From Candidatus Thorarchaeota archaeon (GTDB taxonomy: Archaea; Asgardarchaeota; Thorarchaeia; Thorarchaeales; Thorarchaeaceae), in NCBI GenBank assembly GCA_029858305.1, contig JAOUFI010000006.1, positions 9,851 to 73,850 of the forward strand: a stretch of DNA of 64,000 bases. The letters run 5' to 3'. Below, piece by piece: positions 8,881 through 19,450 of this stretch (position 1 is the first letter of the stretch; every line of letters begins with the position of its first letter). Under the pieces are notes generated by a model. That model was not told the DNA's origin, made no database searches, and was given only the letters and a program-made list of their open reading frames with translations. The translations under genes were made by a program, and so were the position numbers.

Positions 8881-9726
8881 TTGCAGATGCAGTCAGATCT
8901 TTTTGGTAATGTCCCCGAGATAGTAATTGATGTGCATGAAACTAGTGGAAAGAGAATCAACTCTGTAAAACATCTCATGTCCATGATGGATAAAGAAGGC
9001 ATAAAATATACCATTGAGAAGATACCTATTGGGGACGTTCTTGGGACTGATGGCATCGCAATAGAACGTAAGACAGTAAGTGATTTAGTAAATACTCTAA
9101 AGGGGAGTGCAGCTGGAGTTCCCCGATTTTCGAAACAAATGGACGCTCTTCTGCAATATGAGAAACCCTATGTGCTCATAGAGAATGTTCTTGCCATAAG
9201 AAGGGACCCGGTGAAAGGTTGTGTGTACATTCCCTTTAGCACAAAGCAGACAAGAGGAAAGCCATATTTTGTCACAATGGAACGAGCCGCCTATATTCAT
9301 CCCAATGCCCTTGACGCATTGATACAAAGTGTTAGGGATAAGGGCATTCAAGTATTGGAGGGGTATAACGCACTTCATTCAGCAGGGCTACTTTATGGTG
9401 TATTATTTGGTATTGAAGAACAGAGAAAGCAGAAAGGACAGCGGTTGCCAATAGTACGGACTCGAAAAGGTCTTGATTCCATGAATGATGAACAAGAGTT
9501 TTTCATTGCGGGTTTTCCTGGTGTCAATGTCGTTCGAGCAAGAGACCTCCTAAAACGGTTCGGAACACCTCTTGAAGTAATCAATAAGACAGATGAATGG
9601 GGACAAATTGCTGGCATCGGCCCAAAAACGATTGCTACAGCAAAGAAGTTACTATTCTCCAATTATAATTCAGAAGCGAATTCCACAGATAGTAACACTG
9701 TACAGAGAGGCACTGAAGAAGAATAA
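8881..9726 (+). CDS. XPF/ERCC4 structure-specific endonuclease (short form with HhH)
   Basis: IVIDVHE, GD...IERKT..D nuclease motif; PGV..VRA..LL..FG and IAGIGPKT HhH motifs. Confidence 0.85.
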   Translation: MQMQSDLFGNVPEIVIDVHETSGKRINSVKHLMSMMDKEGIKYTIEKIPIGDVLGTDGIAIERKTVSDLVNTLKGSAAGVPRFSKQMDALLQYEKPYVLIENVLAIRRDPVKGCVYIPFSTKQTRGKPYFVTMERAAYIHPNALDALIQSVRDKGIQVLEGYNALHSAGLLYGVLFGIEEQRKQKGQRLPIVRTRKGLDSMNDEQEFFIAGFPGVNVVRARDLLKRFGTPLEVINKTDEWGQIAGIGPKTIATAKKLLFSNYNSEANSTDSNTVQRGTEEE

Positions 9727-9796
9727 TGCCTTGACAAAAAGGTTAAATGATGTCACTATTCTATGACCAGAGAATATATAGCTAAGGTGATAAGTA

Positions 9797-10885
9797 ATGG
9801 GAGACATCCGAGTAGCAATTGCAGGACTTGGAAACTGTGCTTCAGCACTCATCCAGGGGACTCATTATTACCGCAACTCACGAGCAGAGGATGAGGTTCC
9901 AGGTCTCATGCATGTTGATTTTGGGGGCTATTTCCCGAAGGACCTGAAGTTTGTTGCAGCCTTCGAAGTTAATAGGAAAAAGATTGGTCTTGACATAGCC
10001 GATGCCATATGGGCGGAACCAAATTGTTGTGCTAAGTTCGCGCCAGATGTACCAAAGATAGGAGTCAAAGTTCTTCCCGGCCCTATTTCAGATGGTGTAG
10101 CACCACACATGAGAGAGTCCTTCTTTGTCTATGATGAAAAGGAAATTGAACCAGTTGATGTTGCAGAAGAACTCAGGAAAGCCAAGGCAGATGTTCTAGT
10201 AACATACTTGCCTGTTGGCAGTGCTCAAGGTACAAGAATCTATGCGCAAGGAGCATTGGATGCTGAGATAGGATATATCAATGCTATTCCAGAGTTCGTT
10301 GTTTCAGATCCGAAATCTCCAATCGTTCAGGGATTCGAGAGAAAAGGAATCCCCTGCGCAGGCGATGATATAAAGAGCCAACTGGGTGCAACAATCCTCC
10401 ACAGAGTTCTTGCTCAACTCTTCGATCAAAGAGGTCTGATTCTCGAAAACACATACCAGCTAAATATTGGTGGTAACACCGACTTTGAAAATATGCAAGT
10501 GGAAGATAGATTGAGCTCTAAGAGAATCAGCAAGACTGAAGCAGTGACAAGTTGTGTACACTATGAGCTTCCAACCAAGATTGGACCAAGCGATTATGTT
10601 CCATTTTTACAGGACAATAAGGTATGTTACATCAGTATGAGGTCCAGAGCATTTGGTGACCTACCTCTTGATCTCGATCTTAAGCTCTCCGTGCAAGACT
10701 CACCAAATAGTGGTGGTGTCATCATCGATGTTGTAAGAGCAGTAAAAATAGCCATGGACCGTGGAATTGGTGGAGAACTCTCAAGTATAAGCTCGTATAG
10801 CTTCAAACACCCCAGATACCAAATCAACGATTTTGAAGCAAGAGTAAGAGTCGATGAGTTTATCGAGGGCAAAAGAGAACGTTAG
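9797..10885 (+). CDS. ino1: myo-inositol-1-phosphate synthase
   Basis: GLGNCASALIQG, YLPVGS, GDDIKSQLGAT, QLNIGGNTDF, DSPNSGG motifs. Confidence 0.95.
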   Translation: MGDIRVAIAGLGNCASALIQGTHYYRNSRAEDEVPGLMHVDFGGYFPKDLKFVAAFEVNRKKIGLDIADAIWAEPNCCAKFAPDVPKIGVKVLPGPISDGVAPHMRESFFVYDEKEIEPVDVAEELRKAKADVLVTYLPVGSAQGTRIYAQGALDAEIGYINAIPEFVVSDPKSPIVQGFERKGIPCAGDDIKSQLGATILHRVLAQLFDQRGLILENTYQLNIGGNTDFENMQVEDRLSSKRISKTEAVTSCVHYELPTKIGPSDYVPFLQDNKVCYISMRSRAFGDLPLDLDLKLSVQDSPNSGGVIIDVVRAVKIAMDRGIGGELSSISSYSFKHPRYQINDFEARVRVDEFIEGKRER

Positions 10886-10906
10886 TCGATAATCAATATA
10901 ATAGTA

Positions 10907-10935
10907 AGCCAGCCTAGAAAAAACCTAGGCTGGTT
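10907..10935. terminator. Hairpin between convergent ino1 and peptidase genes
   Basis: AGCCAGCCTAG-N7-CTAGGCTGGTT inverted repeat. Confidence 0.5.
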
Positions 10936-10946
10936 TCACACTATGT

Positions 10947-12086
10947 TTAGATGACAGTGAAGCTCGCTACTGCTTTTTCATCGAGTTTCTGCAGAACTTC
11001 AATCAAGAGTCTTACTGCGTTCTCCACATCTTCAAAATCAAGCATTCCATGATGGGAGTGAATATACCTTGTTGGAATTCCTAAAAACAACGATGGTGCA
11101 CCTATTCCAGCTAGGTGTATGCTACCTGCATCAGTACCTCCAGCTTTCAGGAATGCTGGCTGATGTGTGATGTCTTTCTCTTCAGCAATGTCCAACACAA
11201 ACTTACGAAGTCTGGGATTAGGTATCATTGAACCATCTCCAGCAGATATTGATACACCTTTTCCCATCTTTTGTACAAGACCGTCTGAGTTTGGCGAATC
11301 TCCGGAGATATCAACATCTAGTGCAAATCCAATGTCAGGCTTTATCATCTGAGATGCAGTCTTTGCACCTCTCAGACCTACTTCTTCTTGGGTTGTTGAC
11401 ACAAAGTATACCTCATTGGGTAGAGAGATGTTCTCCTCAGAGATGCGTCGCAAAGCCTCAAGAACAATGAAAACGCCAATTCTATCATCAAATGCTTTTG
11501 CAACTCCAAGCATCACGTTGTGAATTTTTTCCTCGGTATCATTCTCTTCATCTTTCTTTTCTTTACGTGTGCGCTTTATAGTTCGGAAAACTGCATGGGG
11601 AACTGCAGGGTCACCAACACGGATGCCAAGTTGTTTTACCTCATCAGCGGACGAGCATCCTATGTCAATGTACATCTTTTCTTTGGTCACTACTTTGGCA
11701 CGATCCTCAGGAGTCAGAATATGCGGGGGTGGTGCGCCAATAACACCAATTATCTTCTCTCCGCCTTTATATGGACTAATGACTACTTCCTGTGTCAACA
11801 AGGTCTGGTCCCACCAACCACCAAGCTGGTGAAAGGACAGATAACCATCTTTCTTAATCTCGGTAATCACAAATCCAATTTCGTCTATATGCCCTGCAAG
11901 CATAATCTTCGGACCGCTATTTCCCTTCCTGAATATGACAGATCCAAGGCCATCATGAAGGACCTCGTCAGAGTATTTCTTGCCATAATCGTGAACAATC
12001 TTCTGCACTTCATGTTCATGCCCACTTGGACCGAACGCATTACAGAGGGATTCTAAGAGTTTCAAATCAAGTTTTAGATTAGTCAT
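10947..12086 (-). CDS. M42 family (TET-like) aminopeptidase
   Basis: GPSGHE, AGHIDEIG, KAFDDR, QEEVGLRGA, GGTDA, RYIHSH motifs; start taken at MTNL. Confidence 0.93.
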   Translation of the reverse strand: MTNLKLDLKLLESLCNAFGPSGHEHEVQKIVHDYGKKYSDEVLHDGLGSVIFRKGNSGPKIMLAGHIDEIGFVITEIKKDGYLSFHQLGGWWDQTLLTQEVVISPYKGGEKIIGVIGAPPPHILTPEDRAKVVTKEKMYIDIGCSSADEVKQLGIRVGDPAVPHAVFRTIKRTRKEKKDEENDTEEKIHNVMLGVAKAFDDRIGVFIVLEALRRISEENISLPNEVYFVSTTQEEVGLRGAKTASQMIKPDIGFALDVDISGDSPNSDGLVQKMGKGVSISAGDGSMIPNPRLRKFVLDIAEEKDITHQPAFLKAGGTDAGSIHLAGIGAPSLFLGIPTRYIHSHHGMLDFEDVENAVRLLIEVLQKLDEKAVASFTVI

Positions 12087-12188
12087 AGGACTCACTTCAA
12101 ATGCTGTTATTGATGATTTGGAACAATCTATCTCTCCTTTTGTCATTTTGGGAGGCGCATTGAAATACGTTAGAACAGAAAAAGGTGA

Positions 12189-12725
12189 TTATTGTAGTGT
12201 GTATTTAGCCAACATATAGAATGCGTTTTCTACATTTTGCCCCGATAGAGCACTGGTTTCCAAATAGCCCGATAGGGCATTTTCCTCAACAAACTGCAGC
12301 GCCATTTCTCTCGTAATTACTCGATGTTCAACCAAATCAACTTTGTTCGCTAGCAGGATGATAGGAATCCTTTCACCAAGAGCATCCTCAGTTTCTTGAA
12401 TCCACTTTGGTAACTCGATCCATGTACTCTTTCTTGTACAGTCAAATAGAAGTAGAGCTCCTTTGCTTCCTCTATAATAGCTTCCACGAATGAAATCAAA
12501 ACGCTGTTGTCCTGCTAAGTCCCAGACGAGAAGCTTGACAACAACATTGCGACCATTTGCAGTTTCAACCTCGACAGTCTTTACAGCAAATTGCGAACCG
12601 ATAGTGACGATGTACTCTTCAGAGAACTTGTGGGTCAGGAAACGGTTGACTAGTGCGGTCTTTCCACTACCTCCTGCTCCGATCATCACGACCTTCCGCA
12701 TATAGTCGAAACCGCCACTACTCAA
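12189..12725 (-). CDS. Rab-like small GTPase
   Basis: GAGGSGKT, TIG, WDLAGQQRF, SYYRG, NKVD, ETSAL. Confidence 0.92.
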   Translation of the reverse strand: MSSGGFDYMRKVVMIGAGGSGKTALVNRFLTHKFSEEYIVTIGSQFAVKTVEVETANGRNVVVKLLVWDLAGQQRFDFIRGSYYRGSKGALLLFDCTRKSTWIELPKWIQETEDALGERIPIILLANKVDLVEHRVITREMALQFVEENALSGYLETSALSGQNVENAFYMLAKYTLQ

Positions 12726-12985
12726 GTGTTCACCTCACCCAATGATAGGACCATATCTGCTCAAGGGCTATTATGGGACAATTCAGAATGTTGACTAGTC
12801 AGTTCCATCCTTTCGTGTCCTTATTCAAAGTTGGATTGACCGTATTTAGCCATTTCTGGGTTTAATGTCCTTGAGAAACATGAACTCAGAAGTTCAATGA
12901 GCAGAAGTTGGCGCGTTAATCATATTGAGTCGAATCAGTTTATATCGGGTAATAGTGGTTGCACCGCTGCTGTGAGGCACAAACA

Positions 12986-13171
12986 ATGCAACTAGTGACT
13001 GTAAAGATGAGTGATATCTACGTAAATGGACTTGACAAACTCGTGGAAATTGGAATGTACCCATCAAGAAGTGAAGCAATTAGAGTGGCAATTAGAGACT
13101 TGTTGCGGCGTGAACTTTGGCCTGAAAATGGGAGCCCTCTTTTGAAAGAGAGTGATTCAGACAAGTCATAG
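12986..13171 (+). CDS. Ribbon-helix-helix (CopG/CdrS-like) regulator
   Basis: MQLVTVK..LDKLVE.G.YPSRSEAIR.AIRDLL. Confidence 0.85.
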   Translation: MQLVTVKMSDIYVNGLDKLVEIGMYPSRSEAIRVAIRDLLRRELWPENGSPLLKESDSDKS

Positions 13172-13253
13172 CGATTATCTATGCCCACAATACACATTAG
13201 GAAACATATTAAGTTACAGTCACAATCACCTAGTTCAAAGGAGGATTAGTGGT

Positions 13254-13775
13254 TTGAACTTCAGAGTCTTCTTCAAGAGTTTCAAGTTCGCGTTCCGCGC
13301 CAAGAAACGAGTCATCCCATTCATGATAGTTTATGCCATACTGTTTATTGTGGTTTCAGATGGACTTGTATCATCTAATGCCGCATGGTACTTTCTGATG
13401 GCATTTATTGTATCAACATTTTATGCGCTCATCATCTCTCAATCGAGAAGACGAGATATGTCAGTTTTCAAATGTATAGGTTGGCAGAATAATGATGTCT
13501 TGCTTGTCGTAATTGGGGAAGTAATGCTAGTTACCATTGCGTCATTCCTAATTATGCTTCAAATCAGTTTCGAAGTCATTGGAATAATCACCTACTTCAG
13601 TATTGATCTGGGTGCGGGTACTTTCTTCCAAGCAGTACATGATTTTGTTGTCATTGAAGCAGCCCCATTATTCACATCGTTCTTCATAATTCTTGGACTG
13701 CAGATACCAGGTTTATTCATAGCTCAGCGAAGAGCCGTTTCTGTTCCACCAATGAAGGCACTTAGGGAGGAGTGA
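13254..13775 (+). CDS. FtsX-like ABC permease (short, 4 TM)
   Basis: RRRDMSVFKCIGW...E motif; C-terminal RAVSVPPMKALREE; start estimated from SD-like GGAGG. Confidence 0.7.
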   Translation: MNFRVFFKSFKFAFRAKKRVIPFMIVYAILFIVVSDGLVSSNAAWYFLMAFIVSTFYALIISQSRRRDMSVFKCIGWQNNDVLLVVIGEVMLVTIASFLIMLQISFEVIGIITYFSIDLGAGTFFQAVHDFVVIEAAPLFTSFFIILGLQIPGLFIAQRRAVSVPPMKALREE

Positions 13776-13779
13776 GAAG

Positions 13780-14457
13780 ATGGCACAACCAATTATCCAA
13801 GTTCAGGAAGTCAATAAGGAATACGGTAAAGGAAAGAACACTGTTGCTGCTCTTAAGGATGTCAAAATTGACATACAAGCAGGAGAATTCGTAGCAATTG
13901 TTGGCCCTAGTGGATGCGGTAAGAGCACACTGCTTCACGTTATGGCTGGTCTGGAGCAACCTACATCAGGAAGAATCCTTGTAGATGGAGTGGATGTCAC
14001 GCTAATAAGTGAGAGAGATCTCCCAAAAGTCAGGATGCAAAAAATCGGATTTGTGTTCCAATCCTTTTTGCTTATCGAGGACTTAACAGCGTATGAAAAT
14101 GTAGAAGCAGTTCTTTGGCCGAGCTTTGACTACACAAAGGAGAAGCAAGAAGCAAAGACTTTGGAGGTGTTGCGAGAAGTCGACATGCTTGAACGACGCG
14201 ACCACTTCCCCAGGCAAATGAGTGGTGGAGAGCAACAACGAATCGCAATTGCAAGAGCCTTGGTCAATAATCCACCCATTCTCTTTTGCGATGAACCAAC
14301 TGGTAATCTTGACTCTAAGACTGGAGAGAATATCATGAAGATAATCGCTCAGCTCAACAGGGAGAAGAATATGACAGTGGTCTTGGTAACGCATAATGAA
14401 GACCTGGTGAAATTTGCGAAGAGAACCTTACATATGAGAGACGGAGTTGTCAGGTAG
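13780..14457 (+). CDS. ABC ATPase, LolD/FtsE/MacB type
   Basis: GPSGCGKST, GFVFQ, MSGGEQQR, DEPTGNLD, VTH. Confidence 0.93.
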   Translation: MAQPIIQVQEVNKEYGKGKNTVAALKDVKIDIQAGEFVAIVGPSGCGKSTLLHVMAGLEQPTSGRILVDGVDVTLISERDLPKVRMQKIGFVFQSFLLIEDLTAYENVEAVLWPSFDYTKEKQEAKTLEVLREVDMLERRDHFPRQMSGGEQQRIAIARALVNNPPILFCDEPTGNLDSKTGENIMKIIAQLNREKNMTVVLVTHNEDLVKFAKRTLHMRDGVVR

Positions 14458-14490
14458 TAGATAATCTCTGCTTTCGGAGATAGATGGGCA

Positions 14491-15324
14491 ATGCAACCGG
14501 CAGATTGCCAAAAGCAAGAAGATCTAGCTGAGAAGCTTGCTGCTAGCGGTAGCAATGAAGATGCTATGGCACAATTCTTCAAAACAGCCAACTGTTGGAA
14601 GGCTTGGGAGGTATACTCAAAGGCAGCACAGGCTTATGAAAGAGCATACGAACATGGTATGTTATCTCAGCACTACGCAGAAGCTGCGGCAATCATGATA
14701 GAAGCTGGATTATCATGGATCAAACAAGGCGAGCATGATAAATTTGAAATAAACTGTCAGATTGCTGCGGAAGCCTATGTGTCTGCGGCTGAAGAAGAGA
14801 AGGATTTGCTCTATCTTGTTGATGGTGCCTTCTGCGCAATCACTGGAGGCAATTTAGAATTTGCCCGAGAATTGATCAGTACTGTGAAAGAGGGATCAAA
14901 GGGAAAGCTGGATGAGTTGATTTTTGTTGCACTCATGCTAAGTGAGTATAGATTTGGTGATGCTGATCGCACTATTGAGTCAAAACTTGTCGATATAGTG
15001 GATATGAACAGACTTGCAAAGATTAGAAAATCCTTCGCACATGTGCTGGCCGGATTTGTGCGGTCTTCACTTGAGGCTGAAGCAGCTGTGACGATTGCTG
15101 GTTTGGAGGCAAGTACAGGTCTTGAATCGAAAAAATTGAAGAAACTTATCCAGAAAGGCATTCAAGAGGGATTGATTCCGGCCTATTTGGACGAGGACAC
15201 TGATGAATTGGTGGTTGATTCTGACCGGTTTGATTTGTCAAGTCTCGAGTCACGAAAAGGACCAATAATGAGCAGAGATCTCAAGGATCCTGGAGCATGG
15301 GATATGGACCTCGAAGACGAATGA
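14491..15324 (+). CDS. TPR/SNAP-like helical repeat protein with C-terminal PCI-like winged helix
   Basis: AA..Y..A repeats; C-terminal LI.KGI.EGLI.AYLDE....LVV pattern. Confidence 0.55.
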   Translation: MQPADCQKQEDLAEKLAASGSNEDAMAQFFKTANCWKAWEVYSKAAQAYERAYEHGMLSQHYAEAAAIMIEAGLSWIKQGEHDKFEINCQIAAEAYVSAAEEEKDLLYLVDGAFCAITGGNLEFARELISTVKEGSKGKLDELIFVALMLSEYRFGDADRTIESKLVDIVDMNRLAKIRKSFAHVLAGFVRSSLEAEAAVTIAGLEASTGLESKKLKKLIQKGIQEGLIPAYLDEDTDELVVDSDRFDLSSLESRKGPIMSRDLKDPGAWDMDLEDE

Positions 15325-15427
15325 CACAAAAATCATGAAAGAATATATGCAAAGTTGTGGACATCTCTTAGAAAACGTTTTTAGTACCATTGTTGAGTCT
15401 GACATTGCCGGCCGATAATACACACAG

Positions 15428-15652
15428 GTGGTTCTAATGGCTGAAGGGCTAAAATGGTTCCAGTGTCCGGTTTGTAAGGAGTCGATACACTGGAAAGTTC
15501 CTACAGATGAGCTGAAGAACGTGAAACGGTTCCCAGCTCCAGTTGTGATAAAACACAAGGACCACTATCTTGTCTGTTACCTAGACAGTCATCATCAACT
15601 CGCAGATACAGAGGTAGCTATTTCTTATATTGTAGGGAAATCTAAGGAGTAG
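15428..15652 (+). CDS. Small putative zinc-binding hypothetical protein
   Basis: CPVC plus H.DH.L..YLD motif. Confidence 0.6.
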   Translation: MVLMAEGLKWFQCPVCKESIHWKVPTDELKNVKRFPAPVVIKHKDHYLVCYLDSHHQLADTEVAISYIVGKSKE

Positions 15653-15662
15653 AATTCCCCAC

Positions 15663-16199
15663 CTAGTCTATGCCATTGTCCATTGCCCATTCTAGTACAC
15701 GTGATGCCTGTGCACTTGCCATTCCCCATGATTTTAGATTAATGACTAGATTCCTAATACCGGTGATCCAATCCTCTAACAACTCCTTAATTCTGAGGTG
15801 GATTGCGGAGTCGTCGGTCTCCTTATAGATAGGAAGAATCTTGTCGACCAGACTCTGCGATAGAACAAGAATAGTTTCCAAACGTGCTATCCATTCTTCT
15901 CGAGGGAGTCCAGTAAGAGTCTGTGCCACAGCAAGATGATAATCATACTGAGCTGTATAATAGCGTAGGCGCCACGAAAGGAATTCAACAAAGATTGTCT
16001 TGTGAGCTGTACTTGGTGCAGTCTTCATCAACAGGGTAAGAAAACGTTGTGTCATCTCATCAGCTGATTGACTAGCATCATAATAGAGTGCCATTGCTTG
16101 TTGATACTCTTCGCCGCTCAGACATTCGTCAGCGCGGCCAACCGCTTTTTTGAAGCGCTCAAGAAGCGCTCGCGTTTTGTTGCCTTCAATATCTTCCAA
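15663..16199 (-). CDS. Hypothetical alpha-helical protein
   Basis: 178-aa ORF with SD-like GGAGGTG upstream; no recognised motif. Confidence 0.6.
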   Translation of the reverse strand: MEDIEGNKTRALLERFKKAVGRADECLSGEEYQQAMALYYDASQSADEMTQRFLTLLMKTAPSTAHKTIFVEFLSWRLRYYTAQYDYHLAVAQTLTGLPREEWIARLETILVLSQSLVDKILPIYKETDDSAIHLRIKELLEDWITGIRNLVINLKSWGMASAQASRVLEWAMDNGID

Positions 16200-16376
16200 C
16201 CTGTTGTCACCTCCGTTGCACCATTTTACAAAGCCGAAGGATTTTTTCTAGAAATTTAATGCAATGTAATTGCTGCGCGAATATATACGTGTCAGTGATA
16301 TTTACTTCGACTCAGATTCAAGTGTGAATGTCTTACACATCAATATGATGTTATGTAGTTTCTATTAAGAAGCATT

Positions 16377-17351
16377 TCATAGAGGAGGCATATGTTGAAT
16401 CTTGTAATCTTCACTCGCCTGAGCCCATTTGAGAAACTCCTCGCTTGGGGAATCGTTCCTGTATAACTCAGCCCGCTCAGCCTCAAGACACCTGTTATCT
16501 TCACCAGCGAGTCCAGCCATCGAGATAGTTTTATTCCCAGATTCTGCAGCGACATTTAGCACCGGACACAACCAATCATTCCATTTCAGATCACGCATGA
16601 TATGATGGTCGACTACAAGAATGGATATTGTTCTTGCAAGATTTGACAGGCAAAAGAGAGCAGATTGTAATTCATTTTTGCCCAGATTACTGAGATAGAT
16701 TGGGGGACCTCCTATGATTGCCATCATTGGGTTCTGAGAAAGAATGTAGGAGAGACTATCCCGAGCTATCGGGCCTTGAATATCAGGTGCGAAAAGAATT
16801 CGCACTCCGTGGTACTCGATAGTTGTAGCAAGAACATAACCGAGGAAACTGCCCTCAGGACCATGAGGGAGAGGTTTCGAGTAGGTGATAATTGTGTCGC
16901 CGAATGTGAATTGTCTGCCATCCACCCATTGAAGTTCCTTAACCACGGATTTGATGTCTTTCTGAAAGAAGAATGCTCTTCGCCTCTGAGATGAATTGAT
17001 GTTCTCGCGATTGTCCTTCGCAAATACAACCTTGCCTATTAGGGCTTGTTTCCGTTCATCTTGCGTACTAAAGTTGTAGAGATAATTAGTAAATCCTGGT
17101 CGAACATGGTCATAATGATAATGGGAGATGGATATGATATCCGCTTCTTCCACAGAAGTGCGTATTCTTTCGAGTGAATCCTGCAGAGCCAAGTACTCAG
17201 CAGGATGTGGTTCAAGGTTATAGCGCTTGGCAAGCGCTGCAGATGGATCAAAGAGAATACTAACATCAGGTGTACGGATCAGTGTGCATAATGACCGAAC
17301 ACCAAGACTTTCAGCTGCAAGTGGAGATACCTCAATCCCATCAATGTTCAT
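16377..17351 (-). CDS. Metallo-beta-lactamase fold hydrolase (UPF0282-like)
   Basis: AAESLGVRS, DP, SHYHYDH, PHG, DIQGP, DHH motifs. Confidence 0.85.
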   Translation of the reverse strand: MNIDGIEVSPLAAESLGVRSLCTLIRTPDVSILFDPSAALAKRYNLEPHPAEYLALQDSLERIRTSVEEADIISISHYHYDHVRPGFTNYLYNFSTQDERKQALIGKVVFAKDNRENINSSQRRRAFFFQKDIKSVVKELQWVDGRQFTFGDTIITYSKPLPHGPEGSFLGYVLATTIEYHGVRILFAPDIQGPIARDSLSYILSQNPMMAIIGGPPIYLSNLGKNELQSALFCLSNLARTISILVVDHHIMRDLKWNDWLCPVLNVAAESGNKTISMAGLAGEDNRCLEAERAELYRNDSPSEEFLKWAQASEDYKIQHMPPL

Positions 17352-17856
17352 TTGCTATCACTCTGTAGTACGTTAGATGATACCCCTTTTCATCATGTAG
17401 AAGTTCTGCTTCATGCATTTGAGCCCCCCCACTCTTTTCTCGGAACCGTCTGAACATCTCAAAATCTGATGGTAAGAAGTGTGAACTATTCGAATCAATC
17501 TCTTCAGTTGTAAATAACGATAGAGTACCCTCATGATGATTCATTTTAAAATCATCAACAATGGCATGTCCAACGAAAATTAGAAAATGCGCTGAGAGCG
17601 TTCCATCCCTATCCACAAGCCGTTCTGAAACAATTCCTCTATAATTGTACGCTTGGACCTGCGTGGTCCCCGTTTCTTCAACGATTTCCCTTTTAGCAGC
17701 TGTTTGGATATGCTCACCTGTTATAATTTTACCACCAACAAGACTCCAAAGCCCCTCATAAGGTGGATTTCGACGTTTAAGGAAAATATAGCGGTCTTTG
17801 CACGATAGAATTGTTATTGCTATGGGTACCATCTTGGTCATTAGATTCACCATCAT
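17341..17856 (-). CDS. NUDIX hydrolase
   Basis: GGK...GE....AAKREIVEETG Nudix box. Confidence 0.9.
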   Translation of the reverse strand: MMVNLMTKMVPIAITILSCKDRYIFLKRRNPPYEGLWSLVGGKIITGEHIQTAAKREIVEETGTTQVQAYNYRGIVSERLVDRDGTLSAHFLIFVGHAIVDDFKMNHHEGTLSLFTTEEIDSNSSHFLPSDFEMFRRFREKSGGAQMHEAELLHDEKGYHLTYYRVIANEH

Positions 17857-17944
17857 TTCGAGATAGCAAGAAAAAAGAACCTAATGTGGGCTTTAAACAT
17901 AAGCACTCTACAGAAGGCTAACATTCTTAGGACATTCAGAAGAT

Positions 17945-19450
17945 GTGTTGATGGCGAAAGAATTGTCTGATTTGTTACCAACCTTTGTCAGAGAAAAGCT
18001 TCTCATGCGAATAACTCCAACAGAGGAAGAGATACGAATCCAAAAAGGAGTGATTGCTCAACTAACGGAGGTTCTAAGCAAACAAGCTGAAAAATGTGAA
18101 TTTCCATATTCATTTATTGAAGCACAAGGTTCGACAGGTAAAAAACAGACACAATTGAGGGGAACATCAGATATTGACCTCTTCGTGGGGCTCAGACCAG
18201 AGGACTATCAAGATACACTGAGTAAAGGGAGAACGGATAGACACAAAGCCATCGATTCACTCATGAATGAGTTGGTCGAAAAATGGTTTTACCCTGCTGT
18301 AATAAGTCTCAATGCAGAGAGGATTCAGAGGGCGTTTTCGCAGCATCCTTTTCTTAGTCTAAGAATGAGTGGAATGGAAGTAGATATCCTAGGTTGCTTT
18401 GATATTGATGCAGAAACTCTTTCGCATAAAGGACCAATCACAGCAGTAGATAGAACTGTTCATCATTCTCGTTACGTGTCAGAACATTTGACTGAGAAGA
18501 AGAGAGAAGATGCTCGAATTCTCAAGTCATTTGTGAGAGCATGTCATGCGTATGGAGATACATGTGCAGTGGGGAGAATGGGACTCACTGGTGTATCTTT
18601 AGAATTAATAGTCATATCAACAAGAAATCTGGATAACGCCTTACAGTTTCTTCAGACTCTGGATATGAACCCTCTAGATCCATTAAATAGGACTTTAGAG
18701 GAATTGAGAAGAATCCCAGCTTTTCGAGACGATCATATTTTTTTAATCGATCCAACAGATCCAAGTCGGAATGTTGCATCAAGCTTCACACCCAGAGCGT
18801 ATCGATGGGTTCAATATAGAGCACTAAGACTCCGAGAATTGTTGGTAACATCTAAAAATAAGGTCATCATCGACGAATTGATTGAAAAACCAATTCCCGA
18901 AGACGATTTACCAACATGGTTTGAACATCATTGTTTCGCATACGAATTCAAATCAGACGGAGAAACGCATTACACAATACTTCGGGATAAAATCCACAGA
19001 TTAGCTCGTATGTTGCAGGTCCAGTTAACCATTGAACGAACAGGGGAGCCCCGGTTTGGTGAAATTCTCACAGAGGTGTATTTCAAGAACGATTTGTATG
19101 CTCTTGGACTGTTAATTGAGCAACCTGTGATCACACGAACTTACCTGCGTAAAGGTCCACCAAGCTATTTGGATGCTGCAGCAAAGGAATTCAGAGCTGC
19201 TCATCAGAATGTCATAGAAGTAGATGGATATCTTAGTGTTGAGGAAGAGAGAGAATGGACATATGCTTCAGCAATGATTGAGAAACTACTTCAAGAGAAT
19301 CCTATCGAAGGTTTAACCTTGATCACTAACAAGAGCTCCTTGTCAAAACAGGTTCTAAATGTGCTATACAAGTATGTACTTCCAATAGAATCTGGGTTTA
19401 GAGAGAGAATAACAAGAGTTAAGCATACACAATCGAGATTTGACATGTGA
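17945..19450 (+). CDS. cca: Archaeal CCA-adding tRNA nucleotidyltransferase (class I)
   Basis: GS....T.LRG.SDIDLF, HP, TAVDRT..H, IDP.DP.RNVA, GPP motifs. Confidence 0.88.
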   Translation: MLMAKELSDLLPTFVREKLLMRITPTEEEIRIQKGVIAQLTEVLSKQAEKCEFPYSFIEAQGSTGKKQTQLRGTSDIDLFVGLRPEDYQDTLSKGRTDRHKAIDSLMNELVEKWFYPAVISLNAERIQRAFSQHPFLSLRMSGMEVDILGCFDIDAETLSHKGPITAVDRTVHHSRYVSEHLTEKKREDARILKSFVRACHAYGDTCAVGRMGLTGVSLELIVISTRNLDNALQFLQTLDMNPLDPLNRTLEELRRIPAFRDDHIFLIDPTDPSRNVASSFTPRAYRWVQYRALRLRELLVTSKNKVIIDELIEKPIPEDDLPTWFEHHCFAYEFKSDGETHYTILRDKIHRLARMLQVQLTIERTGEPRFGEILTEVYFKNDLYALGLLIEQPVITRTYLRKGPPSYLDAAAKEFRAAHQNVIEVDGYLSVEEEREWTYASAMIEKLLQENPIEGLTLITNKSSLSKQVLNVLYKYVLPIESGFRERITRVKHTQSRFDM

